From Bacilli bacterium (GTDB lineage: Bacteria > Bacillota_I > Bacilli_A > ML615J-28 > CAG-313): a stretch of 64,000 bases of DNA. A program made the position numbers and the translations under genes. The DNA lies in contig JAZOLG010000051.1 of NCBI GenBank assembly GCA_045652765.1, forward strand, positions 10,576 to 74,575, in the 5' to 3' direction. Below are positions 1 through 8,890 of the stretch, piece by piece (position 1 is the first letter of the stretch; each line of letters opens with the position of its first letter). The notes beneath the pieces were generated by a model that did no database searches, was not told where the DNA came from, and was given only the letters and a program-made list of their open reading frames with translations.

Positions 1-2
1 AT

Positions 3-401
3 AGATTACAAACCCTATATGATGTTGGACTTGGATATATTAAACTTGGCCAATCATCAACTACTTTATCTGGTGGTGAAGCTCAAAGAGTAAAACTTGC
101 TAGCGAACTTTATAAAAAGGTTACTGAAGGAAGCGTTTATATTTTGGATGAACCTACAACAGGGCTTCATACTGCTGACATTGCTAGATTAGTTGATGTA
201 TTAAATCGTTTAGTTGATGGTGGCGCAACCATCATTGTTATTGAACATAATTTAGATATTATTAAAATATCTGACTATATTATTGACTTAGGACCAGAAG
301 GCGGCGATTTTGGTGGTACCTTAGTTGCAGTTGGAACACCAGAAGACGTAGCACAAAACGATAAATCTTATACCGGGCACTTTTTGAAAAAAGTATTATA
401 G
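3..401 (+). CDS. uvrA: Excinuclease ABC subunit A, C-terminal part (runs off window start)
   Basis: Open frame from nt 3 reads [32 protein letters not shown]...[10 protein letters not shown]...IEHNLDII...[11 protein letters not shown], the UvrA second ABC domain. Confidence 0.97.
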   Translation, partial: RLQTLYDVGLGYIKLGQSSTTLSGGEAQRVKLASELYKKVTEGSVYILDEPTTGLHTADIARLVDVLNRLVDGGATIIVIEHNLDIIKISDYIIDLGPEGGDFGGTLVAVGTPEDVAQNDKSYTGHFLKKVL

Positions 402-437
402 TAATTTAAATAAACCAGAAAGTGTGGTATAATAAAA

Positions 438-1001
438 ATGAAATACAAGTTTTTAAAAGAAATGATTATAATACTTATCATTCTGCTATTAAGTATATTA
501 TTAAACTATACAAAAATAAATAATGTTATTACAATCTATTTTTGTTATTTTGATTCTTTTGTTTATATATTTATAACGTTACTTGTATTTTATTATTTTA
601 TTATAACGATTATTGATAAAAATCATTTAACAAAATTAATAATCGTATATAGTATTTTTATAATTATTATATTGTTTTTTAGAAAACAAAGTTTCACAAA
701 TATTCAAAAAGACTTTTATCTAATAAAGTGGTTAAAATTACTTTTTACTAACCGAACAGTTTTTATTAATGTATTTGGTAATATTTTAATATTTTTACCA
801 TTAGGTTTTATTTTAAAATGTTTATTAAAAAATATCTATTTAGTTTTATTGTTTGTCTTATTAATAATTATAATATTAGAGTTTATTCAATTTAAAACAT
901 TATTAGGTATTTTTGATATTGTAGATATAATCCTAAATTATGTGGGTGCATTAATTGGAATAATAGGAGAAAGGAGGGCGTATGAACGAAGAACAAAATA
1001 A
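438..1001 (+). CDS. VanZ-like family membrane protein
   Basis: Hydrophobic; motifs NVFGNILIFLPLG, LEFIQF, FDIVDIILNYVGALIG. Confidence 0.75.
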   Translation: MKYKFLKEMIIILIILLLSILLNYTKINNVITIYFCYFDSFVYIFITLLVFYYFIITIIDKNHLTKLIIVYSIFIIIILFFRKQSFTNIQKDFYLIKWLKLLFTNRTVFINVFGNILIFLPLGFILKCLLKNIYLVLLFVLLIIIILEFIQFKTLLGIFDIVDIILNYVGALIGIIGERRAYERRTK

Positions 1002-1512
1002 AAACCAGGAAAGTGTAGATTCAAATGAAGAGCAAACTAATCAGATTCCAGTATTTGATTCAGAAGATTTTTTGAAAGTATTGGAACATATTGAAAAAGA
1101 ACTTAAAAATGAAAAAGTTTTTCGTACTAGCTATTGGTGGTATATTAGTTTGTTTATTCAACTTATGTTTTATTATGGCATAGGCATAAGTTTATTAACT
1201 TTATTTCAACCTTTTAAGCTTGCGAATAATTATATTGTATATATATATTTGGGTCTTTCTACTCTACTTTGCGGTTGTGTTAAGGTTTATACGCATATAT
1301 CCAATAAGCCTATAATTAAAATGATTGATAGTTATATTAATTATGGAATATCTTTAATTTTAAGCGTTGTAGCCGCAAGATATCTTCCAGGTATATTAGA
1401 TATTGATTATGTACTCTTAATTATATATATATTAGTAATGCTTGTTTTTAGCGAGAATATTGCAAGATTTGTAAAAAAATTCATTCGAGGTAGTTATGAA
1501 AAAATTAAGTAA
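982..1512 (+). CDS. Hypothetical membrane protein (about 4 TM helices)
   Basis: RBS AGGAGG upstream, acidic N-terminus, four hydrophobic segments, overlaps both neighbours. Confidence 0.65.
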   Translation: MNEEQNKNQESVDSNEEQTNQIPVFDSEDFLKVLEHIEKELKNEKVFRTSYWWYISLFIQLMFYYGIGISLLTLFQPFKLANNYIVYIYLGLSTLLCGCVKVYTHISNKPIIKMIDSYINYGISLILSVVAARYLPGILDIDYVLLIIYILVMLVFSENIARFVKKFIRGSYEKIK

Positions 1513-3277
1513 AAAACAAACTATGTTATGCGGCATATTGTTAGTGGCCGTTTTATTAGTGGTTTATATAATATGCTCTTTGTTATATAAATACCCATAT
1601 ATCGATCACCTAAAACCTACTATTTTAGATCCATATATATTCGAAATGAAAAATTTTGAAATTCGTTGGTATGCTATTTGTGTAGTTGGTGGTGCATGTT
1701 TAGTAGCATTATATGGTTATTATGGTTTTGGTAAAAAAGTTGGTTTGGACTCAGATACAACTTTGACCGGTGTTACTATTGGTATTGTATCTGGTGTTTT
1801 AGGCGCTAGAATATATTATGTAATCTTTGAACATGAAATGATTTCATTTGATAATGGAATTATTAGAGGATTGATTGATATTATTAATCCTGCAGGTGGT
1901 GGTCTAGCAATTCATGGTGGTATATACGCGGCCGCAATCTTTGTAGGTATTTATTGTATAGTTAAAAAAATAAAATTTTTAGAATTAATTGAAATTGTTT
2001 TACCACTTTTAATGCTTGGTCAAGTGATTGGAAGATGGGGAAATTTCTTCAATCAAGAAGCATATGGTCCGCTTGTTAATGGTTATCCAGGTCATGCTTT
2101 AACAGCAAGTGAACTGATTGCTCAAAGGGAAACATTAAGACACTTATTAGTTCCTAATTTTGTTATCGATCAAATGTATTTAACTAGTAAAGTTGCAATC
2201 GATGGTGGATATGCATATGTAACTGGTTATTATCATCCTACTTTCTTTTATGAGTCTGTAGCTAATTTCTTTGGAGCTTTTACTTATATTTTTATTAGAA
2301 AACACTCTAAAAAAGTTTATGTAGGTGATGGTATTTGTTTTTATTTAACATGGTACGGATTTGTTCGCTTCTTTATCGAACTATTACGTCAAGATCCACT
2401 TATTTTAAGATTATTTGGTATTGATTTCAAGGTTGCAATTTTAACATCTATTTTATTCTTTGTTGCCGGTATTACATTATTTATTTTAAGAAGAGTATTT
2501 AAATTCTATTTAGTATCAACTAGGGAATTTTATTATGAAGGTGGCGTAATTTGGAAAGATGGTTATAGTGGACCAGTAGTCGAAAAAGCCAAAGAAGAAG
2601 CAGAGAAAAAATATAATGATGTAGTAATATTTGATTGTGATGGTACACTTCTTGATACTTATGGTTTGATAATGTATATTACACGTAAAGTTTTAGAAGA
2701 GAAGTTTCCTGAACGAACATTTTCTGAAGAAGAAGTTCATGCATTCTTTGGACCATTACTTGATGAGTCTTTCGCAAAATATGCAAGAAATGAAGAAGAA
2801 CTACAAGATTGTATAAACTTATATCGCAAATATAATGTTGAATATCACCCTGATTATGTTCACGCATATGATGGAATTAAAGAGTTATTAGAAAATTTAA
2901 GAATGCTTGGTTTTAAATCTGTAATTGTTTCTAATAAAATTACAAAGGCCGTTAAAATGGGCTTGAAAATAGCTGGTATTGATAAGTATATTGACGAAAT
3001 TTATGGGGCAGAATTGTTAGCACGTCCTAAACCAGATCCAGATGGAATAATGCAAGTTATTAATAAATATCAACTTGATAAAGTATTATTTGTAGGTGAT
3101 ACAGCATTTGACATTGAATGTGGAAAAAATGTTAAAGAACTTCATCCAAATTTAAGAACAGTTGGTGTTACTTGGTGTCAAACATCACGTCAAGAGTTCG
3201 AACAATTAGGTGCTGATTATGTTGTTGATCAAGCACATGAAATATTGGAAGTGTTAGATAAATATGCAAAATTATAA
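1496..3277 (+). CDS. lgt: Prolipoprotein diacylglyceryl transferase fused to a C-terminal HAD hydrolase (PpaX-like)
   Basis: Lgt motifs IRWYA, GARIYYV, GGLAIHGG, GRWGNFFNQEAYG, HPTFFYES, RFFIELLR; then HAD motifs FDCDGTLLDT, VSNK, KPDPDGI, FVGDTAFDI in the same frame. Confidence 0.92.
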   Translation: MKKLSKKQTMLCGILLVAVLLVVYIICSLLYKYPYIDHLKPTILDPYIFEMKNFEIRWYAICVVGGACLVALYGYYGFGKKVGLDSDTTLTGVTIGIVSGVLGARIYYVIFEHEMISFDNGIIRGLIDIINPAGGGLAIHGGIYAAAIFVGIYCIVKKIKFLELIEIVLPLLMLGQVIGRWGNFFNQEAYGPLVNGYPGHALTASELIAQRETLRHLLVPNFVIDQMYLTSKVAIDGGYAYVTGYYHPTFFYESVANFFGAFTYIFIRKHSKKVYVGDGICFYLTWYGFVRFFIELLRQDPLILRLFGIDFKVAILTSILFFVAGITLFILRRVFKFYLVSTREFYYEGGVIWKDGYSGPVVEKAKEEAEKKYNDVVIFDCDGTLLDTYGLIMYITRKVLEEKFPERTFSEEEVHAFFGPLLDESFAKYARNEEELQDCINLYRKYNVEYHPDYVHAYDGIKELLENLRMLGFKSVIVSNKITKAVKMGLKIAGIDKYIDEIYGAELLARPKPDPDGIMQVINKYQLDKVLFVGDTAFDIECGKNVKELHPNLRTVGVTWCQTSRQEFEQLGADYVVDQAHEILEVLDKYAKL

Positions 3278-4133
3278 TGTAATTATAATTGGTGCAGGTC
3301 CAGCAGGTATGGCTACAGCCCTTTATCTTGGACGTTCCAATTTAAAAACTTTGTTAATAGAAAAATCTACACCTGGTGGTAGAATGTTACAAGCAACAGA
3401 AATCGCTAATTTTTCTGGTGTTTTGACTGATAGCGGAATGAATATTGCGGTTAAAATGTTTTCTCAAATAGATTTTAATAATGTTGTATTTGTACAAGAA
3501 GAAGTTTTAGAAGTTACAAAAGATGAACAAATTAAAGTAAAAACTAATTTAAATGAATATACTTGTGATAAATTAGTTATTGCAACTGGGTTTGTTAATA
3601 AGCCACTTAATGTTATAAATGAAGATAAGTTTGTTGGCCGTGGAATAAGCTTTTGTGCATTATGTGACGCAGCTTTAACTAAAGATAAAGATGTTTTAAT
3701 GTATGCATCTACATTAAAATCACTTGAAGAAGCAAGTTATCTTGCGACGATCGCTAAAAAAGTATATATTATTTGTAACGAAAAACTTTTAAACTTTATA
3801 ACTCTTAAAGATAATATGGAAGTATTATCGAATGCATCAATTGTATCGTTTAATGGAATGTTTAAATTAACGTCTGTTACAATTAAACAAAATGATGTAG
3901 AATCTACACTACCTGTTGATTTTGCTTTTATTTATAATGGTTATACTCCAAGTAGTAAATTTATTAAAAACCAAGATTTTACCGATAAAATTGGACAAAT
4001 AATTGTTAATGAAAACTATGAAACAAAAATAAAAAATATTTATGCCATTGGAGATATAATTAATCGACCAGTTAAGCAAGTCGCTACTGCAGTTGGTGAT
4101 GGATCATTTGTTGGAAGTATTTTAGTAAAATAG
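3264..4133 (+). CDS. trxB: Thioredoxin reductase-like flavoprotein with atypical NADPH domain
   Basis: IIIGAGPAG, VIATG, GISFCALCD, IYAIGD, QVATAVGDG; usual position between lgt/ppaX and whiA. Confidence 0.8.
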   Translation: MQNYNVIIIGAGPAGMATALYLGRSNLKTLLIEKSTPGGRMLQATEIANFSGVLTDSGMNIAVKMFSQIDFNNVVFVQEEVLEVTKDEQIKVKTNLNEYTCDKLVIATGFVNKPLNVINEDKFVGRGISFCALCDAALTKDKDVLMYASTLKSLEEASYLATIAKKVYIICNEKLLNFITLKDNMEVLSNASIVSFNGMFKLTSVTIKQNDVESTLPVDFAFIYNGYTPSSKFIKNQDFTDKIGQIIVNENYETKIKNIYAIGDIINRPVKQVATAVGDGSFVGSILVK

Positions 4134-4142
4134 GAGGATAAA

Positions 4143-5096
4143 ATGTCTTTTGCATCAGAAGTAAAAAAAGAATTGTTATCGCTTGAAGTAGAATCCTGCT
4201 GCAAAGACGCAATAGTTGCTGGAATCCTTCAAGGAAATAGTGAAATTGTCCTTGCTAACTTAAATGTTAAAGTGTTAGTAAAAAGTCCTCTTTCGGGAGT
4301 TTTACGATATATTTCACCAGTTTTAAAAAAGAAATACGAAGTATCCACTCAAATTAGTTATTTAGAAAAAACTAATATTAATAAAAATAGAATTTACTGT
4401 TTAGAAATATTAGATAAAGCTAAAGAAATAGTTGATGATTATCATTTGTTTCCATTTGATACAATAACATTTAATGATAAATTACTAACAAATGATTGTT
4501 GTAAAATAGCATTTGTAAGGGGACTATTTATTTCTAAAGGATCAATTAGTGATCCTAGAAAAAGTAACTATCATTTAGAAATAGTTTTTAAAAAACCAGA
4601 AATAGCAGTCATGGTTCAACAAATTGTTGGCGAATTTGGTATACCAATGACTTTAACAGCTAGACGTAATCAAAGCATGCTTTATATTAAAAAATCTGAA
4701 TTAATTAGTGAATTCTTGGCATTTTTAGGAGCTAATTCGGGTGTATTACAATTTGAGGATTTAAGAATCATGCGTGATCTTCAAAATTCAGTAAATCGTG
4801 TTATGAATTGTGATATCGCTAATTCACAAAAATCTTTACAATATTGTGGAGAACAAATTGAAGCAATTAATTATCTAAAGGAAAAAGGACTCTACAATAA
4901 ATTAACATTAAGATTGCAAGACGCAATAAGATTAAGAGAAGAATATCCCGACGCAACATTATCTGAACTTAGTGATTATTCCAGTAATATTATAGGTAAA
5001 CATTTATCCAAATCAGGTATTAGTCATTGTTTAAGAGAAATAATGAAAATATATGATGGATATAAAAATTACAAAAAAGACAAGCTAGATAATTAG
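4143..5096 (+). CDS. whiA: DNA-binding protein WhiA
   Basis: MSFASEVKKEL, AFVRGLFISKGSISDP..YHLEI, NSVNRVMNCDIAN, LSKSGISHCL. Confidence 0.93.
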   Translation: MSFASEVKKELLSLEVESCCKDAIVAGILQGNSEIVLANLNVKVLVKSPLSGVLRYISPVLKKKYEVSTQISYLEKTNINKNRIYCLEILDKAKEIVDDYHLFPFDTITFNDKLLTNDCCKIAFVRGLFISKGSISDPRKSNYHLEIVFKKPEIAVMVQQIVGEFGIPMTLTARRNQSMLYIKKSELISEFLAFLGANSGVLQFEDLRIMRDLQNSVNRVMNCDIANSQKSLQYCGEQIEAINYLKEKGLYNKLTLRLQDAIRLREEYPDATLSELSDYSSNIIGKHLSKSGISHCLREIMKIYDGYKNYKKDKLDN

Positions 5097-5106
5097 CTTG
5101 TCTTTT
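5075..5106. terminator. Bidirectional intrinsic terminator between whiA and the DUF378 gene
   Basis: AAAAGACAAGCTA-gataat-TAGCTTGTCTTTT inverted repeat between convergent genes. Confidence 0.8.
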
Positions 5107-5311
5107 AATATGCTTCTTTTAAATCAAAAAGCTCAGATACAATTAAGTATACCCCCGAAATACCTACAAGTGAATAAATAATTCGAGATATTGTAACGGA
5201 TAAATTGTCAAAAATAAAACTTACTAAATTGAAGTTAAACAATCCGACAAGTAACCAGTTAATTGCACCTATAATTACCAAAGTTTTACAAATTCTTCTA
5301 ATTAAAGTCAT
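5105..5311 (-). CDS. DUF378 (YuzA-like) small membrane protein
   Basis: LVIIGAINWLLVGLFNFNLV...SRIIYSLVGISG signature; RBS GGAGG upstream. Confidence 0.85.
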   Translation of the reverse strand: MTLIRRICKTLVIIGAINWLLVGLFNFNLVSFIFDNLSVTISRIIYSLVGISGVYLIVSELFDLKEAY

Positions 5312-5405
5312 ATATGCCTCCTATAATAATATTATTAGTAAATATATATTTTTTATGCATAAATTTATTTAAAAAAACATATAGTTTACTGATTGAGGTG
5401 ACAAA

Positions 5406-6398
5406 GTGTTTAAAAAACAAATTTTATTAATTTTATTGTTGTTTTGTATATTGTTAATTACCGGTTGTAAAGATAGTCCTAAAAAAATTAAAGATTTTCC
5501 AGAAATTGTAAATAATTTAGAAAGTTATAAAGTTACAGGAAAACTTTATTCAATGTTTCCAACAGGAACTAAAGAAAGTTTAATAACAGTTTATTATCAA
5601 AAGCCTGAAAAATACCGCGTAGAAATTGATAACTCAACTAATGGAGATAAGCAAATAATTTTAAAAAATAACGAAGATGTTCATATTTTATTGCCTTCTG
5701 TAAATAAGAGTTTCAAGTTAAGAAGTGGATGGCCTATTAATTCTTCATATCCATATCTATTACAATCACTTACTAAAGATTATGTCAATGATGATAATAA
5801 ACTAATTACAAAAGAAGATAAAACTACATCAGTAGAAATGAAAACCAAAATGTTTGATAATGCTGCTGTATCAAAAGAAAAAGTTATTTTTAATAATGAA
5901 ACAGGATTACCAGAAGAAGTACAAGTCTTTGATGAAATGAACAATTTAGTTTCTAGATTTGTATATATGAAGATAGAAGAAAATATAAAACTAGATGAAA
6001 CTTTATTTATAAAAAATGAAACAATGACTTCAAGTTTTGAAACATATGGAACAATTGAATATCAAAGAGAAAAAACATATCCCACATATTACCCACTAGA
6101 TACGACTTTATCGCAGGAAAAAGTAATTGTTAATAATAATGAAAGAACATACATAATGACTTTTAATGGTGATACTAATTATACTATTATTGAACAAGAA
6201 GTAATTAAAAAAGAACTTGAAACAATTCAATATGTAGATGGTGATATATATATATTAGGTGATGCAGCAGCGATTTTAAGCAACTCAATAATAACTTTTT
6301 TTCAAAGTGGAATGGAATACACAGTTGCATCTAATGATGTAAAAACATTAGAGATGTTAAAGATGGCTTATTCATTAATTACATATCAAGAAAAATAA
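5406..6398 (+). CDS. LolA-fold lipoprotein resembling Bacillus sporulation protein YdcC (SsdC)
   Basis: Lipobox LITGC; YRVEI...QIILKN...LLPSVNKSFKLRSGWPINSSYPYLLQSL resembles the YdcC core as recalled. Confidence 0.7.
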   Translation: MFKKQILLILLLFCILLITGCKDSPKKIKDFPEIVNNLESYKVTGKLYSMFPTGTKESLITVYYQKPEKYRVEIDNSTNGDKQIILKNNEDVHILLPSVNKSFKLRSGWPINSSYPYLLQSLTKDYVNDDNKLITKEDKTTSVEMKTKMFDNAAVSKEKVIFNNETGLPEEVQVFDEMNNLVSRFVYMKIEENIKLDETLFIKNETMTSSFETYGTIEYQREKTYPTYYPLDTTLSQEKVIVNNNERTYIMTFNGDTNYTIIEQEVIKKELETIQYVDGDIYILGDAAAILSNSIITFFQSGMEYTVASNDVKTLEMLKMAYSLITYQEK

Positions 6399-6399
6399 A

Positions 6400-6459
6400 G
6401 GTTAGGAAACTCCTAACCTATTTTCAGAAATTTGGTTAGGAAACTCCTAACCTATTTTC
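6400..6459 (+). repeat. Tandem duplication of a 26-bp terminator hairpin
   Basis: GGTTAGGAAACTCCTAACCTATTTTC at 6400-6425 and 6434-6459; each folds GGTTAGGA/TCCTAACC followed by a T-tract. Confidence 0.9.
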
Positions 6460-6510
6460 TTGATATTATGAACGAATTATGTTATAATTATTCTAAGTTG
6501 GTGAACAATA

Positions 6511-6960
6511 ATGAAAACAGTTAAAATAATTTTATTTTTAATAATAATGCCACTTTTATTTATGACATTAACTAGTTGTAAGGTTGAAGATTACGAGGAT
6601 ATGAAACATATATATCATGAAGAAATCTTAACTCAAAAAGAAACAGAATATTATGTATATGTTTACCGATACAACTGTGCAGTATGTGAAAGAATTAAAG
6701 AAGATGTTATATATTATTATAATAATTATAAAAAACATGATTTACCAAGACTTTATGTGTTAAATAAAGGTGATACAGAAAAAAATCAAGGTATTAATTC
6801 GGATGTAGAGAAAGAAATTGATTTTTTATGGACGCGAGACTATCGTGACATTCAAACTGCTTACTCACCATGCCTAATAAAGGTTCGTGATGGACAAGTT
6901 GTTGCCGCATACGATATGAAAACACAAATATTAGAAAAGTTAACAATTGAAGACAAATAA
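6511..6960 (+). CDS. Thioredoxin-fold lipoprotein
   Basis: Lipobox LTSC; YYVYVYRYNCAVC (CxxC); SPCLIKVRDGQV cis-Pro-like strand. Confidence 0.65.
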   Translation: MKTVKIILFLIIMPLLFMTLTSCKVEDYEDMKHIYHEEILTQKETEYYVYVYRYNCAVCERIKEDVIYYYNNYKKHDLPRLYVLNKGDTEKNQGINSDVEKEIDFLWTRDYRDIQTAYSPCLIKVRDGQVVAAYDMKTQILEKLTIEDK

Positions 6961-6971
6961 AGGAGTATCCC

Positions 6972-7490
6972 ATGAAAACAAATCAAGTAGAAAATAAAGT
7001 AACTAAATTGACATATTTTTATGTATTTAGTTTTGTTGCTATTTTTGTAGCATTAGTTTTATTTTTAGCATTATATTTTATTAAACCTTTTGCTTATAAG
7101 AAAATTGAAGATTTACCACAAATTGAAGCATCTGAAGTTGCTACTAAACATATCAATGAAGCTGGTACTCAAACATCTTATTATGTATTAATTTACAATA
7201 AAAACAATCCTGTAAATGAATTAATTGAAGAAACTGTTTTAGAATATGCAAATCTAGTACGTAAACAAGATAAAGATGGTAAATTAGCTAAAATTTATTT
7301 ATTAGAATATACTGCCGAAAATGAAACACTTATTAAAGCATTAGACTCAAAAATTGTTAATATAGATACATGCCCAGTTTTAGTAAAAATTTCTAATCAA
7401 AAAGTTGCTAGTGGTGGATTAGATTTGACAGTATCTGATATTAATGATTGTCTTGGTGATTTAATCTACGATAATACAAAAGAAAAATAA
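6972..7490 (+). CDS. Membrane-anchored thioredoxin-like paralog lacking CxxC
   Basis: N-terminal TM helix; YYVLIYNKNNPVN and CPVLVKISNQKV align by eye with the upstream protein. Confidence 0.5.
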   Translation: MKTNQVENKVTKLTYFYVFSFVAIFVALVLFLALYFIKPFAYKKIEDLPQIEASEVATKHINEAGTQTSYYVLIYNKNNPVNELIEETVLEYANLVRKQDKDGKLAKIYLLEYTAENETLIKALDSKIVNIDTCPVLVKISNQKVASGGLDLTVSDINDCLGDLIYDNTKEK

Positions 7491-7511
7491 ACCTGCAATG
7501 CAGGTTTTTTT
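7488..7511. terminator. Bidirectional intrinsic terminator
   Basis: AAACCTGCA-a-TGCAGGTTT followed by T-tract, between convergent genes. Confidence 0.75.
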
Positions 7512-7854
7512 ATTTATCGATACACTCAAATGTTTTACACATAGATTCATGATGTGGTTTAGCACCTGGTCTATTGTGTGTTTCTTTTATTTCAATCTTA
7601 TCAGCATGGCATTCAGAATCTTTTTGAAATACACAGTTTTCTACATCACAATAAACATTTGTCTCACGTTTTGGATATTCTTCTAAATCACCAATTTCGA
7701 AAAAAAAGTTAGAATGATTTTTTGGCACGTAACTTCGGCACAATGTTTCTGATTTTGAAAAAGAATGTGGTCCATCAACACTAATTGCTTTTCTTGAACA
7801 CAGTGATCCACAATTATAATGACATTTAGTTACATCACAATTTAGTTTTGGCAT
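7510..7854 (-). CDS. DUF1540 domain protein (two Cys-rich repeats)
   Basis: Start moved to MPKLNC after RBS GGAGGA; repeats CDVTKCHYN..C...I.V and CDVENCVFQ..C.A..IEI, ending CKTF. Confidence 0.8.
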   Translation of the reverse strand: MPKLNCDVTKCHYNCGSLCSRKAISVDGPHSFSKSETLCRSYVPKNHSNFFFEIGDLEEYPKRETNVYCDVENCVFQKDSECHADKIEIKETHNRPGAKPHHESMCKTFECIDK

Positions 7855-7931
7855 ATTAATTCCTCCTATATTTGCTATTTTTATTATATCCAATATTTGC
7901 AAGCTTATACAAAAATAAAAAACTATATTAG

Positions 7932-7960
7932 TTGACAATTTAATAAAAATAGTGTAGAAT
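7932..7960 (+). promoter_or_regulatory. Sigma-A promoter of the tRNA pair
   Basis: TTGACA (7932-7937), 17 bp spacer, TAGAAT (7955-7960). Confidence 0.8.
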
Positions 7961-7971
7961 AATAAGGCAAT

Positions 7972-8062
7972 GGAGTAGTACTCAAGAGGCTGAAGAGGTG
8001 CCCCTGCTAAGGGTATAGGTCGGGAAACTGGCGCAAGGGTTCAAATCCCTTCTACTCCGCCA
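7972..8062 (+). tRNA. tRNA-Ser(GCT)
   Basis: GGAGTAG/CTACTCC acceptor stem, anticodon loop CT-GCT-AA, long variable arm, GGTTCAAATCC, encoded CCA. Confidence 0.97.
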
Positions 8063-8065
8063 ATT

Positions 8066-8142
8066 GGTCCGTTGGAGAAGCGGCTTAACTCACATGCCTT
8101 TCACGCATGCATTCACGGGTTCGAATCCCGTACGGATCACCA
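8066..8142 (+). tRNA. tRNA-Glu(TTC)
   Basis: GGTCCGT/ACGGATC acceptor stem, CATGC-CT-TTC-AC-GCATG anticodon arm, GGTTCGAATCC, encoded CCA. Confidence 0.97.
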
Positions 8143-8440
8143 TTTTATGAAATCTGTAAGTCTTCTGATTGAAGGCTTATTTTTTTAATTATATAGGCTA
8201 TTTTGCTTGAAATATAGTGAAATAGTCTATTTTTTATACATTTATGAAATATTTAGATTTAAAGACTAATAGTTGTATTTACAACTATTGGAGACTGACC
8301 ACGGACTCGAACCATTAACTTACGGGATTCAAATTTTAGGTTCTGATGGGACTCGAACCTAAAAGAGATAATGGTGGAAATTAAATTAGCTTTAGTGTAT
8401 AATATAAGTGAAAGATAAATTAGAATTTGTTGGTGAGATA
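8141..8440 (+). repeat. Structured non-coding element, copy 1 (tRNA-Glu 3' end to GNAT start codon)
   Basis: Collinear similarity to 9681-9952, e.g. TTTTTATACATTTATGAAAyATTTAGATTTAAA, AACTATTGGAGACTGA, TCGAACCATTAAC, GAGATAATG, GTATAATA, AGAATTTGT. Confidence 0.9.
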
Positions 8441-8890
8441 ATGAACGAATTAACATATAAGAGAATTGTGAGTCAAGAAGATAAAGACATTTTTTTGATT
8501 AATGAAATTCATTCAAAACCTGAAATAAAAAAATATATTAGTATTGGAGATAATTATTTTAATTATGTGACTACCACTGAAAATGTATTTTTTTACAAAG
8601 TTTATAAAGAACGAAATTTAGTTGGAACAATTCATCTCGAAAAAAATGATAATATAATATATATGGATATTTTAATTTTTCCTGAATTTCAAAAGTATGG
8701 TTTAGGTACTAAAGTTATTAATGATATTAAGAATGATATCTTCAATCTTAGTTTTAAAAAAATTGAAGTTTCTATTGATGAGAATAATATCCCTTCATTA
8801 AGACTTTTTGAAAAAATGGGTTTTAAATTTGTGTCACAAGAAGATGAATTGAAAAACTATGAGTATTTGAAAACAATAAGGAACAAGTAA
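8441..8890 (+). CDS. GNAT family N-acetyltransferase (RimJ/RimL-like)
   Basis: IFPEFQKYGLGTKV acetyl-CoA motif; NIPSLRLFEKMGF; start placed at ATG 8441 after GGTGAG. Confidence 0.85.
   Translation: MNELTYKRIVSQEDKDIFLINEIHSKPEIKKYISIGDNYFNYVTTTENVFFYKVYKERNLVGTIHLEKNDNIIYMDILIFPEFQKYGLGTKVINDIKNDIFNLSFKKIEVSIDENNIPSLRLFEKMGFKFVSQEDELKNYEYLKTIRNK

Noticed and set aside
438-1001. Glycopeptide resistance gene
   Set aside because: VanZ-like proteins are widespread and no van cluster is present.
6400-6459. Mini CRISPR array
   Set aside because: Only two repeats with an 8-bp spacer, no cas genes, and the unit is a terminator-type hairpin right after a stop codon.
7498-7686. 62-aa plus-strand ORF
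   Set aside because: Antisense shadow of the DUF1540 gene, starting inside a terminator hairpin.
8289-8360. Possible additional full tRNA gene on the minus strand
   Set aside because: Only a T-loop and 3'-end pattern is present; no D-arm, anticodon arm or complementary 5' acceptor strand could be folded.
8259-8456. 65-aa minus-strand ORF overlapping the repeat element
   Set aside because: No RBS or recognisable domain, overlaps the GNAT start and promoter, and copy 2 has no equivalent ORF in the track.
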